Positions 36,389 through 46,110 of a stretch of 64,000 nucleotides of DNA are shown piece after piece (the first letter of the stretch is position 1; the number at the start of each line of letters is the position of its first letter). A program made the translations under genes and the position numbers. This DNA comes from Verrucomicrobia subdivision 3 bacterium UBA693 (lineage in GTDB: Bacteria > Verrucomicrobiota > Verrucomicrobiia > Limisphaerales > UBA8199), in the NCBI GenBank assembly GCA_002298785.1, contig DBMR01000059.1:123094-187093 (forward strand), read 5' to 3'. The notes below the pieces were generated by a model. The model made no database searches and was not told the origin of the DNA. It worked only from the letters and a program-made list of their open reading frames with translations.

Positions 36389-37909
36389 ATGAAACGATTC
36401 CTGTCACATACACGAAACCGACTCGCGCTCATCATGCTGGCCGGAATTATGGCCATCGCCGGCACCAGCATGGCGTTGCCGGACAAACCGCAATCAGCCA
36501 AACCAAAGGTCAAAGCCCCGGAGTTGGCGGTGGATAAGCGGCCCATCGACCGCGAGGATAACCGACGAAATAGTTACGCACCGGTGGTCAAGAAGGTTAG
36601 CCCCGGTGTGGTGAGGGTGTTCACCTCCGCTCGGGTGCAGCCCGCGTCCTTCCCCGGGGGGAATCCGGGAGCTGGCCAAATGGACGACTTCTTTCGCCGG
36701 TTCTTTGGCGACCCGAATGCCCGGCCAGGACAGCGTCCGTATGGCATGCCTCGCCAGCAGGGCGTGGGCTCGGGAGTCATTACCACGCGCGACGGTTACA
36801 TTCTGACCAACAATCACGTGGTGGACGGAGCCGAGGAAGTCAAGGTGGCGCTGCAGGACGGACGTGAATTCACCGCGAAAGTGATCGGAACCGATCCCAA
36901 GACGGATATCGCCGTGATCAAGGTGGACGCTAAAGACCTACCGGTAGTGACCATCGCGGACAGCGACACGGTGGAAGTTGGTGATGTGGTGTTGGCGGTC
37001 GGAAATCCGTTTGGCATCGGTCAGACCGTAACCACGGGCATCGTCAGCGCCACGGGGCGTGGCAATATGGGCCTTGATTACGAGGACTTCATTCAAACCG
37101 ACGCGGCGATCAATCCGGGAAATTCGGGCGGCGCGTTAGTCGATTGTGACGGGCGCTTGATCGGGATTAATACGGCGATCTTGAGCCGTAGCGGAGGAAA
37201 CCAAGGGATCGGATTTGCCATTCCTTCGAACCTCGCGCGCCAAGTGATGCATGACTTGATCCAGGATGGCCACGTAACCCGTGGTTATCTGGGAGTGCTG
37301 ATCCAGGACATCACCCCGGCCCTGGCAAAGCAATTCGAGCTGAAGGGCACGGCGGGAGCCCTGGTTGGAGACGTGACCCCTGGCAGCCCGGCGGCAAAAG
37401 GCGGAATCAAGTCCGGTGACGTGTTGCTGGAGTTCAACGGGCGCAAGGTGGCTGATAGCCGTCAACTTAAACTTGAAGTGGCGCGCACTCGCCCGGGCGA
37501 GACCGTGCCGGTCAAGCTGCTGCGCGAGGGCAAGCCCCGGACCCTGGAGCTAACTCTGAAAGCTCTTCCGGGCAGCGAAGAACTCGCCAAGAACAGCAAC
37601 AACGCGGAAGACACCGGCACGCTTAATGGAGTAGCGGTGGACGATTTGGACAATGGCGCCCGCAGCCAAATGCATCTGCCATCCGCGCTCAAGGGGGCCG
37701 TGGTGACGGACGTGCAGCCCGGGAGTGCCGCCGCTGAAGCCGGACTCCGTCCGGGCGATGTTATCCTGGAAATTAATCGCAAACCCGTGCGCAACGCGCA
37801 GGAGGCGGTGCAGATGACCGAAAAAGCCGACGACAAGACCACCCTGCTGCGAGTTTGGCGCGAAGGCAACAGCCGCTTCGTGGTGGTGGACGAAAGCAAA
37901 GCCGGCTGA
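36389..37909 (+). CDS. htrA: periplasmic serine endoprotease DegP/HtrA (trypsin domain + 2 PDZ)
   Basis: Signal peptide after the internal ATG at 36389. The catalytic triad context is ..ILTNNHVVDGA.., ..DIAVIKVDA.. and ..GNSGGALVD... Two PDZ-like segments follow (..GYLGVLIQDITP.. and ..GAVVTDVQPGSAAAEAGLRPGDVIL..). Confidence 0.9.
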   Translation: MKRFLSHTRNRLALIMLAGIMAIAGTSMALPDKPQSAKPKVKAPELAVDKRPIDREDNRRNSYAPVVKKVSPGVVRVFTSARVQPASFPGGNPGAGQMDDFFRRFFGDPNARPGQRPYGMPRQQGVGSGVITTRDGYILTNNHVVDGAEEVKVALQDGREFTAKVIGTDPKTDIAVIKVDAKDLPVVTIADSDTVEVGDVVLAVGNPFGIGQTVTTGIVSATGRGNMGLDYEDFIQTDAAINPGNSGGALVDCDGRLIGINTAILSRSGGNQGIGFAIPSNLARQVMHDLIQDGHVTRGYLGVLIQDITPALAKQFELKGTAGALVGDVTPGSPAAKGGIKSGDVLLEFNGRKVADSRQLKLEVARTRPGETVPVKLLREGKPRTLELTLKALPGSEELAKNSNNAEDTGTLNGVAVDDLDNGARSQMHLPSALKGAVVTDVQPGSAAAEAGLRPGDVILEINRKPVRNAQEAVQMTEKADDKTTLLRVWREGNSRFVVVDESKAG

Positions 37910-38030
37910 AACCCGGGACCAAGAAATCTCCTAAATTGACCACTCAAACCTCCCGTGCAGCCAAGGCGCGGGAGGCCTCATTTTATCCACCCATAATCCG
38001 CTATTCACCCCGTTGAGATTTGCCTAACCT

Positions 38031-38705
38031 ATGAACATGCGGATCCTGGTGGTGGAAGACGACAAGAAGATCGCATCGTTCGTGATCAACGGGCTTAAGC
38101 AGAGCGGCTATGCGGTCGACCACGCGCTCGATGGTGAAGATGGCTACGCGCGGGCTCAGACGATCGGCTATGACGCGTTGGTCGTGGATATCATGCTGCC
38201 AAAGCTGGATGGCCTGAGTTTGGTGCGCCAATTGCGCGCCTCCGGAGGGCGGGCGCCAGTGCTGATATTAAGCGCCAAGGCATCCGTGGAGGATCGCGTG
38301 AAAGGCTTGCAGAGCGGGGGAGACGATTATCTCACCAAGCCTTTCGCTTTTTCGGAATTATTGGCCCGGATTCAGGCTTTGATTCGCCGTGCCACGCAGA
38401 CGCCGGAACCGACGCGTCTGAACGTCGGCGACTTGACCCTCGATCTCGTCACCAGGGAGGTCCGCCGTGGTGCGGAATTGATCGAACTACAGCCACGAGA
38501 ATTCGGGTTGCTGGAATACCTGATGCGTCATGCCAATCGGCCGGTCACCAAGACCATGATCCTGGAACACATTTTTGATTACAGCTTTGATCCGCAAACG
38601 AACGTGATTGACGTGTTGGTGCACCGACTGCGGGGGAAAGTGGACAAGGATCATCAATTGATTCATACCATTCGAGGGGTGGGCTATGTACTCCGACCCG
38701 CTTAA
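38031..38705 (+). CDS. OmpR-family two-component response regulator
   Basis: Receiver domain (..[27 protein letters not shown]..). A winged-helix output domain follows (..[40 protein letters not shown]..). Confidence 0.9.
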   Translation: MNMRILVVEDDKKIASFVINGLKQSGYAVDHALDGEDGYARAQTIGYDALVVDIMLPKLDGLSLVRQLRASGGRAPVLILSAKASVEDRVKGLQSGGDDYLTKPFAFSELLARIQALIRRATQTPEPTRLNVGDLTLDLVTREVRRGAELIELQPREFGLLEYLMRHANRPVTKTMILEHIFDYSFDPQTNVIDVLVHRLRGKVDKDHQLIHTIRGVGYVLRPA

Positions 38706-40134
38706 ACATTTGTCTCGCAATATCGGCGTCAGGCTGAGCCTGTGGTATGCAGGCGTGTTCACGGTATCCTCCGTTGGCTTGCTGGCGCTGGCTTACTACC
38801 TGCTGGTGGGAGCGATCGGGCGCAAGGATCAGGAAGTGCTTGAGGCGCGGCTCAAAGAGGCGTCGGTGATTTACCAATCCAGTGGCACGCCCGGGTTGCG
38901 CCGCTGGGTGGAGAGCCAGCAGGATGCCGCCCAACGCCGGCTCTTCGTTCGGGTCGTGAACGTCTTCAGCATGGTCACCTTCCTGAGCGCTCCCGAGGAT
39001 TGGATCACTTTCCGTGACGTGCCGGTCTGGGAAAACTACCGCCAGCAGGTTGGCTTGATACGCATTCCACAAAACGAGGAGCGTGATTTCACTCTCTCAT
39101 CCGTAGTGCAGGCGGATCGCTCGGTGCTTCAAGTTGGGCGGATCACCGATAGCCGCCACGCCTTGCTGAACCCGGTGCGGCGCAGCTTTCTCATCTCCGG
39201 CACGGTTACGCTGGTGCTGGGATTTCTGGCGGGCGCATTCATTGCCCACCGGGCCATGCTCCCCATCCGCCAAATCCTGGCGACGGTAAAATCCATTCTG
39301 CGTACCGGGCAGTTGGATGCCCGGGTTCCGCAGCGGTCGTCGAATGATGAACTAGATGAGTTGGTGCGGTTGTTCAACAATTTGCTCGATCAGAACCAGG
39401 GCCTGATTCGTGCCATGCGCGAGTCGCTGGATAATGTCGCGCATGACTTGCGCACACCTTTGGCCAGGCTGCGGGGCACAGCCGAGCACGCCCTCCAAAC
39501 CGAGCATGAACCGCAAGTGGCCCGGGAAGCGCTCGCGGATTGCCTGGAGGAATCCGAGCGGGTGCTCAATATGCTCAACACGCTCATGGACATCACTGAA
39601 GCCGAGACCGGCATGATGCGGTTGCAGCGTCACCCCACTGATTTGGGAAAATTAACAGCCGAGGTCGTCGAACTTTACCAATATGTAGCTGAAGAAAAGC
39701 ACATCGAACTGAAAGCCGAACTGCCGGCGCATTGCGAAGCCTCGGTGGACCCCACCCGCATGCGGCAGGTGTTCGCCAATCTTCTGGATAACGCCATAAA
39801 GTACACGCCTGATGGTGGTCGGGTCGTCGTGTCCCTGAAGTTGGAACATGGCTTCGCCATTGTCTTGTTCGAGGATAACGGCATGGGCATCCCGGAGCAG
39901 GAGCAAGACAAAATCTGGAGTCGGTTGTATCGGGGGGACAAGAGTCGGTCACAGCGTGGCCTGGGGTTGGGCTTGAGCCTGGTTAAGGCGGTGGTGCAAG
40001 CGCATGGCGGATCGGTGAGCGTTTCGAGCAGACCGGATCAGGGATCAGTGTTTAAAGTGATTTTGCCCCAAGCCGTGGGTGCTAATACCGAGTCCGAGAA
40101 TCCACCACCCCGGCTGACCGCCCTGGCTGGTTGA
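38686..40134 (+). CDS. sensor histidine kinase (CusS/BaeS/CpxA-like: periplasmic sensor, HAMP, HisKA, HATPase_c)
   Basis: Two TM helices flank a periplasmic domain. The H-box is [15 protein letters not shown] boxes follow (..[10 protein letters not shown].., ..DNGMGIP.., ..GLGLGLSLV..). It overlaps the response-regulator gene by 20 nt. Confidence 0.9.
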   Translation: MYSDPLKHLSRNIGVRLSLWYAGVFTVSSVGLLALAYYLLVGAIGRKDQEVLEARLKEASVIYQSSGTPGLRRWVESQQDAAQRRLFVRVVNVFSMVTFLSAPEDWITFRDVPVWENYRQQVGLIRIPQNEERDFTLSSVVQADRSVLQVGRITDSRHALLNPVRRSFLISGTVTLVLGFLAGAFIAHRAMLPIRQILATVKSILRTGQLDARVPQRSSNDELDELVRLFNNLLDQNQGLIRAMRESLDNVAHDLRTPLARLRGTAEHALQTEHEPQVAREALADCLEESERVLNMLNTLMDITEAETGMMRLQRHPTDLGKLTAEVVELYQYVAEEKHIELKAELPAHCEASVDPTRMRQVFANLLDNAIKYTPDGGRVVVSLKLEHGFAIVLFEDNGMGIPEQEQDKIWSRLYRGDKSRSQRGLGLGLSLVKAVVQAHGGSVSVSSRPDQGSVFKVILPQAVGANTESENPPPRLTALAG

Positions 40135-40165
40135 ACCGGGCGGAATGGCAGTGAATTCCGTAGAG

Positions 40166-41635
40166 TTAGGCTGGGGCGGCCTCGGCCTTCATATTGGCTG
40201 CTCTTTCGCGGAGCAAGGTCCATGCAGCACGCACATGCTCCAGTTCAGTGTGTGTTTGCCCGACACACAGCCGCAATGTATGACGCCCCCTCAATTGAGT
40301 GTGCGTGAGATAAACGCGTCCCGAAGCGTTCACCCGCCGTAGTAGCTCTTCGCTGAATTCATTGCCCTGACGCGGGGCAAAACAAACCAGGTTGAGCGGT
40401 GCCGGAGCCAACAACTCGAAATCGCCGGACTCGCGGACCCAACGGGCAAATTCCTGCGCCAGGCTGACATGATGCCGGATATGGTGCCGCAGTCCAGCCA
40501 CCCCGTAGTGCCGGATCACAAACCAAAGTTTTAATGCCCGGAACCGCCGGCCCAGCGGTACCTGCCAGTCACGGTAATCAATGACTGCTCCCGACTCCGT
40601 GGCCTTGTTGCGCAGATACTCCGGCAAGATGCTCAAAGATCGAATTAAGGCCGCACGATCCGCCACGTAAAAGCAGTCACAATCAAAATTGGTGAACATC
40701 CATTTGTGCGGATTGAACGCGTAGGAATCGACCAGTTCCAATCCCGCTTGAAAAACCCGGAATTCCGGGCAAATCCCCGCTGTGCCAGCCATGGCGGCAT
40801 CCACATGCAGCCACAGGCCCTCCCGCCGGCAAATCTCAGCGATGGCGGGCAGGGGATCCATAGCGTTGGAGGAGGTAGTGCCGATGGTGGCGCTGACAAA
40901 GAATGGCTTCCGGCCGGCTTGCCGGTCCTCGGTAATCGCTTTCGACAGGAGATCCGGCTCCATGGCGTATTTCTGGTCCACCTCTATTTTACGCAGATTA
41001 GCGCGGCCGACTCCGGCGATTTTGACCGCCTTTTCGATCGAAGAATGAGCCTGCGTGGAGGTATAGGCCGTAAGATCTCCATGGCAGCCGGTTTCATTGG
41101 TGTTTAGTCCACTGGCCCGTTCTCGTGCGGCCAGCAACGCGCATAATACGGCGCTGGAAGCTGAGTCCTGAATCACCCCACCCCCGGTTCCAGAAGATTT
41201 GAATCGATCGGGCAGGCCCGCCATCTCGGCCATCCAGTCCAGGACGTGGGTTTCCAATTCCGTGCAGGCCGGGCTCGTGGCCCACAGCATGCCTTGGGCT
41301 CCCAATCCGGCGGAGACGAGCTCGCCTAGTATCGACGGCCCGGAAGTGTTGGCCGGAAAGAAACCGAAAAAGTTCGGCGATTGCCAGTGAGTTATTCCGG
41401 GCAAAATGATGCGGTTCAGGTCCTCCACCACCGCGGAAAAATCTTCGCCGGTTTCGGGCGGTGATGCGGGCAGTTGCGCTCGAATTTCCCCTGGCTGAAC
41501 CTGGGAAAAGACCGGCAAATCCGATACCCGTGACTGATAATCCGCAATCCAATCCACCAGGGCGTAACCCCACTGGCGAAACTGCTCGGGGGTCTGGTGA
41601 AAAGTGTTCATGGAAGGGCTCAACCCGGTGGACAT
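40166..41635 (-). CDS. pyridoxal-phosphate-dependent aromatic-L-amino-acid/tyrosine decarboxylase (group II decarboxylase)
   Basis: ..HVDAAMAGTAGICPEF.. and ..NPHKWMFTNFDCDCFYV.. are conserved PLP-Lys/DDC-family blocks. The 489-aa size fits. Confidence 0.85.
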   Translation of the reverse strand: MSTGLSPSMNTFHQTPEQFRQWGYALVDWIADYQSRVSDLPVFSQVQPGEIRAQLPASPPETGEDFSAVVEDLNRIILPGITHWQSPNFFGFFPANTSGPSILGELVSAGLGAQGMLWATSPACTELETHVLDWMAEMAGLPDRFKSSGTGGGVIQDSASSAVLCALLAARERASGLNTNETGCHGDLTAYTSTQAHSSIEKAVKIAGVGRANLRKIEVDQKYAMEPDLLSKAITEDRQAGRKPFFVSATIGTTSSNAMDPLPAIAEICRREGLWLHVDAAMAGTAGICPEFRVFQAGLELVDSYAFNPHKWMFTNFDCDCFYVADRAALIRSLSILPEYLRNKATESGAVIDYRDWQVPLGRRFRALKLWFVIRHYGVAGLRHHIRHHVSLAQEFARWVRESGDFELLAPAPLNLVCFAPRQGNEFSEELLRRVNASGRVYLTHTQLRGRHTLRLCVGQTHTELEHVRAAWTLLRERAANMKAEAAPA

Positions 41636-41658
41636 AGTGTGGATGGGAAGATCCTTAC

Positions 41659-42093
41659 CTAGAGGCGTTTTTCGTCCGCATCGATGTAGTCAACGAACGT
41701 CTTGATGTCGTCACGATGCCCCAAGCCAGACTGCTCTTTGCGCATCTTCAAGCGTGCCTGCATTTCCGGGTTATCCGCCGGAGGGGAATTGAACACCCGC
41801 TCGCGGTGCGCCGCTTTCACACTATCCGGTTGCTTAACGTGCGTGCGCACCCAGTCGCACACCTGCCCATCCGTGGTCGAATTGCGCACGACTTCGATAA
41901 ACTCCGCGGCGGAGACTCCCGCTTTCTCCAACCAGAGCCCGTCAAAGCCTTTGCAGAAGTTCTCGGTGTAATCCGAGTGCAATTTGCCGGCCAGATGCAG
42001 CCGGATCTTGTCGACAAACCGCGGCAGGTAAACCCAACCGCACATCGTCTCCCGCGGACTGCGAGGATAAATAACATTACTCACGCGCGGCAT
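41659..42093 (-). CDS. DUF5069-like small protein, co-operonic with the decarboxylase
   Basis: MPRVSNVIYPRSPRETMCGWVYLPRFVDKIRLH.. resembles the DUF5069 N-terminal motif. It lies 23 bp upstream of the decarboxylase on the same strand. Confidence 0.45.
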   Translation of the reverse strand: MPRVSNVIYPRSPRETMCGWVYLPRFVDKIRLHLAGKLHSDYTENFCKGFDGLWLEKAGVSAAEFIEVVRNSTTDGQVCDWVRTHVKQPDSVKAAHRERVFNSPPADNPEMQARLKMRKEQSGLGHRDDIKTFVDYIDADEKRL

Positions 42094-42411
42094 CTTACCC
42101 CGCTGCTGGAGATTGCCAAGAATGAACCGGCGCTTGACCGCAGCCAGTTTGGTCCCGCCCGCATCCCGGTCTCGGTACGAGCGTCTCGGATAAGTAATTG
42201 ATGGTCAAGCAACCATGTATCCCAATGATTATTGGGGACTTGTTGTGGTGAAAAAGTTTGAACATTTCTGTCTCAACGCTTTCCAATCCTGTCGAAAACA
42301 GTGGCTGAAAATCGGGCCAATATCGGCGGATACCTGGCAGAATTGAATTTACAAAAGAATTAGTTGTGGGTATCTGATCGCTTCCCGTAGGTCTGGGAAT
42401 CAAGCTTTTAT

Positions 42412-43416
42412 ATGATTAACGTTCAAAATCTGGCCAAGTCCTTTGGGACGAAAAGAGCCGTCGATGGCGTGACGTTTACAGTGGAGCGCGGTGAAGTGCT
42501 GGGCTTTCTGGGCCCCAACGGCGCCGGCAAATCCACCACCATGCGAATGATCACCGGATTCATACCGCCAACCGGAGGCTGGGTGAAGGTGGGCGGCTTC
42601 GACATAGTGAGCGACCCGATTCCCGCCAAGCGGTTGATCGGCTACCTGCCGGAAAACGCCCCCGCTTACACGGACATGACTGTGCAGGGGTTTTTGAAGT
42701 TCGCGGCCGAGATTCGCGGATTGACCGGCCAGGCGCAGGCCAAGGCGGTGAGCCGCGTAGTGGACCTTTGCTTTCTTGAACCGGTACTGCATCAGAGTGT
42801 TGAGACGCTGTCCAAAGGATTCCGCCACCGCACCTGTTTCGCACAATCCATTATTCATGATCCAGACGTGCTGGTGCTGGACGAACCCACGGATGGCCTC
42901 GATCCCAACCAAAAGCACGAGGTCCGGCAACTGATCCGCCGCATGGGTGAGAAAAAGGCGATCATTTTCTCGACTCACATTCTAGAAGAAGTCGATGCCG
43001 TTTGTTCCCGCACGATTATTATTGACCGCGGTCGCATCGTGGCCAACGGCACCCCAGCCGAGTTGCGACAGAAATCGGAATGGGCGGGGGCGGTGACGCT
43101 GCGCGTGAGCGGAGCCACCGGGACCGCAATCGCGCAGAAATTAGCCAGCCTGTCGACCGTCAAACGCTCCACAATTTTGAAAGAAGAAGCCGGCGGCGTA
43201 ACCCTGCGAGTGTTCCCGAAATCCAACCAAAATGGAGCGCTCGCGCGGAGCATTGCCGAAGCCGCGCAGGGCTGGCAAATTGAGGAGTTGCACACCGAGG
43301 AAGGCCGTTTGGATGAAGTCTTCCGCAGTATCACCATGCCTGACACTATTACCAATACCGGCGCGGGCCAGAACTCACGACGCGCGGACACCGCTCAATC
43401 CGAGGAGAAACAATGA
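42412..43416 (+). CDS. ABC transporter ATP-binding protein (GldA/ABC-2 exporter type)
   Basis: Walker A GPNGAGKST, signature LSKGFRHR, Walker B VLVLDEP. The stop overlaps the start of the permease gene. Confidence 0.9.
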   Translation: MINVQNLAKSFGTKRAVDGVTFTVERGEVLGFLGPNGAGKSTTMRMITGFIPPTGGWVKVGGFDIVSDPIPAKRLIGYLPENAPAYTDMTVQGFLKFAAEIRGLTGQAQAKAVSRVVDLCFLEPVLHQSVETLSKGFRHRTCFAQSIIHDPDVLVLDEPTDGLDPNQKHEVRQLIRRMGEKKAIIFSTHILEEVDAVCSRTIIIDRGRIVANGTPAELRQKSEWAGAVTLRVSGATGTAIAQKLASLSTVKRSTILKEEAGGVTLRVFPKSNQNGALARSIAEAAQGWQIEELHTEEGRLDEVFRSITMPDTITNTGAGQNSRRADTAQSEEKQ

Positions 43417-44159
43417 ACGCCTGGGCAAACATTAAGACGATCACCAAACGCGAACTCGGCGCCTATTTTTCGTCGCCACTCGCTTATGTATTCATTGTGA
43501 TCTTCCTGCTGCTTTGCGGGTTCTTCACTTTCATGGTGGGCGGATTCTTCGAACGCGGGGAAGCCTCACTTGTGCGACCCTTCTTCGATTGGCATCCCTG
43601 GTTCTATCTCTTCCTGGTACCGGCCGTAGGTATGCGGCTGTGGGCGGAGGAGCGCCGCGTAGGTACGCTGGAGCTGCTGTTGACCATGCCAATTACGTCG
43701 TGGCAGGCAATTGTGGGTAAGTTCTTGGCTTCCTGGTTGTTCCTGGCGCTTGCCCTAGTGCTCACTTTCCCGGTGGTACTGACGGTGAACTATTTGGGCA
43801 GCCCGGATAACGGCGTCATTTTCACCGGTTACATCGGCAGTTGGCTCATGGCGGGAGCGTACCTGGCGATCAGTTGTATGACGTCCGCCATGACTCGCAC
43901 CCAGGTGGTCAGCTTCATCTTGTCGCTGATCATCTGCCTGTTCCTGATCCTGTGCGGATTTCCGCCAGTCATCAACCTGGTCGAAACCTGGGCAGGCCCG
44001 CGCCTGGTGGAGTTGGTAACCTCGTTCAGCGTGATTACACATTTCGATGGCTTTCAGAAAGGCGTGCTGGACTCGAGGGACGTCATTTTCTTCCTTTCGA
44101 TCATCGGCTTTTCTCTTTTCTGTAATTCCGTGATTATTCGCGGGCATCGCGCCGGCTAA
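43413..44159 (+). CDS. ABC-2 family permease (GldF-like)
   Basis: Six TM helices. The N-terminus ..TITKRELGAYFSSPLAYVFIVIFLLL.. is typical of GldF/ABC-2 permeases. Confidence 0.75.
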   Translation: MNAWANIKTITKRELGAYFSSPLAYVFIVIFLLLCGFFTFMVGGFFERGEASLVRPFFDWHPWFYLFLVPAVGMRLWAEERRVGTLELLLTMPITSWQAIVGKFLASWLFLALALVLTFPVVLTVNYLGSPDNGVIFTGYIGSWLMAGAYLAISCMTSAMTRTQVVSFILSLIICLFLILCGFPPVINLVETWAGPRLVELVTSFSVITHFDGFQKGVLDSRDVIFFLSIIGFSLFCNSVIIRGHRAG

Positions 44160-44179
44160 CCCCCAAACAGATTTTCTCG

Positions 44180-46054
44180 ATGAAACGCAAACCACTGGAA
44201 ACGTTGCTGTATTCCGCCGCCGGAGTCGCGGCGATGGCTATCATCCTGATCGCGGTGAACTTCCTCACCTCCGCCGTTAAGCAGCGGGTGGATCTCACAC
44301 GGGAGCAGGCTTACACCCTTTCACCCGGCACTCGGGCCATTCTGAAAAAGCTGGATACGCCGGTAAAGGTGCGGCTCTATGTGAGTCAAACCGAGGCCAG
44401 CACCCCGGAGACGGTCTTTCTGAAGGGCTATGCCCGAAAGGTCGAGGATCTGCTCTCGGAATATCGGCAGGCCGCAGGTGGTAAATTGATCATCGAAAAG
44501 CTAGATCCGCAGCCTGATTCAGACGCGGAGGATTCCGCGCGCCTGGACGGGGTGGAAGGGGAGATGTTGCAGAACGGAGAGAAATTCTACCTCGGCTTGT
44601 CGGTTGGGATGCTGGATGCCAAGCAGGCGATTCCGTTTCTGGCTCCCAACCGGGAACGACAGCTTGAATATGATGTGTCCCGCGCGATCAGCCGCGTGAT
44701 TTCTCCCGAGAAACCGACGGTGGGAATCATGAGTCCGCTGCCGGTATTTGGTGCGCCGGCCAATCCCATGATGGCACGAATGGGACAGCAACAGGGCTCG
44801 CAACCCTGGGCGTTGGTGACGGAGCTCAAAAACGACTTTACCGTCAAACGGGTGGCGATGGACGTCGATAAGATTGACGACGATATCAAGGTGCTGCTGG
44901 TCATTCATCCGCGTGAAATCACGGATAAAGCACAATTCGCGATTGACCAGTTCGTGTTGCGTGGAGGCAAGCTGATTGCCTACCTCGATCCATTGCCGAT
45001 TATCGACAGCCGAGAACAAAACCAGATGTTTGGGAGCATTCCCAATAGTGGTTCGAATCTGGAGAAACTGCTGAAGGCCTGGGGCTTCGCGATGGATACC
45101 AGCAAAGTGGTGGCCGACCTGAACTACAAAATGCAATTGGGAGGGCGCAACGGCCAACCGCAGGAAGCCCCGGCATTTTTGTCCGTAACCCCTGACGGGA
45201 TTAACGGGGACGATATCGTGACGAGTCAGATTGATAACATCTGGCTGCCGTTCGCCGGCGCGATTACCGGGACTCCAGTGGCGGGCTTGACCATGGTGCC
45301 GTTGCTGAAGAGCACCAAGCAGTCGCAAATGGTGGATGGTTTTATGGCCAATCTTTCCGGCGAAAATATTATTAAGGAATTCAAGCCCTCCGGCGTGGAA
45401 TACATTTTAGGCATGCGCTTGAAAGGTAAATTCAAGACCGCATTTCCCGAGGGTAAACCCGGGGAAACCAACGCCGCCCCCGCGCTCAAAGAAAGCGCTC
45501 AAGAGAATGCCGTGGTGCTCTTCTCGGACGCCGACATGTTGTTCGACAACTTCGCGTTGCGGCAGATGCAGAGTCCGTTCGGCACCATGTCGATGGCCAT
45601 GAACGGCAACCTAAACCTGGCGCAGAATGCGGTCGAGCAGCTCTCCGGCGACAGCAACCTCATTTCCGTGCGAAGCCGCGCGGTACAAAACCGGCCGTTC
45701 ACGGTCGTCAAAAAAATGCAGGCGGAAGCCGAAGCGAATTATCGCAGCAAGATCAAGGAAATGGAGGACAGCCTGGCCGAGACCCAACGGCAGCTCAACG
45801 AACTCCAACAAAAAAAGGAGAAGGGGCAGCGGTTTATTCTTTCTTCGGAACAGCAAGCGGCGTTGGAGAATTTCCGCAAGAAGGAAGCCGAAGTAAAGAT
45901 CAAGCTCAAGGACGAGCGCAAGAAGCTGCGCCGCGATATCGATTCACTCGAGAACCGGTTAAAATGGTTTAACATCGCCGCCATGCCGCTGGTGGTCAGC
46001 TTGTCAGGTGTGGGCCTGGCGCTCTACAAACGAAAACGCACGGCCGCTAAATAG
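44180..46054 (+). CDS. GldG-like ABC-transporter auxiliary protein (ABC_transp_aux domain), N- and C-terminal TM anchors
   Basis: N-terminal TM then ..VDLTREQAYTLSPGTRAILKKLDTPVKVRLYVSQ.. is the GldG-family signature. The C-terminus is a coiled-coil followed by a TM helix. Confidence 0.75.
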   Translation: MKRKPLETLLYSAAGVAAMAIILIAVNFLTSAVKQRVDLTREQAYTLSPGTRAILKKLDTPVKVRLYVSQTEASTPETVFLKGYARKVEDLLSEYRQAAGGKLIIEKLDPQPDSDAEDSARLDGVEGEMLQNGEKFYLGLSVGMLDAKQAIPFLAPNRERQLEYDVSRAISRVISPEKPTVGIMSPLPVFGAPANPMMARMGQQQGSQPWALVTELKNDFTVKRVAMDVDKIDDDIKVLLVIHPREITDKAQFAIDQFVLRGGKLIAYLDPLPIIDSREQNQMFGSIPNSGSNLEKLLKAWGFAMDTSKVVADLNYKMQLGGRNGQPQEAPAFLSVTPDGINGDDIVTSQIDNIWLPFAGAITGTPVAGLTMVPLLKSTKQSQMVDGFMANLSGENIIKEFKPSGVEYILGMRLKGKFKTAFPEGKPGETNAAPALKESAQENAVVLFSDADMLFDNFALRQMQSPFGTMSMAMNGNLNLAQNAVEQLSGDSNLISVRSRAVQNRPFTVVKKMQAEAEANYRSKIKEMEDSLAETQRQLNELQQKKEKGQRFILSSEQQAALENFRKKEAEVKIKLKDERKKLRRDIDSLENRLKWFNIAAMPLVVSLSGVGLALYKRKRTAAK

Positions 46055-46110
46055 CGCGTCAACCTCAAGCGCCTTTTAATCATCGTCAATCGCTGATCCT
46101 ACCGTCCATT

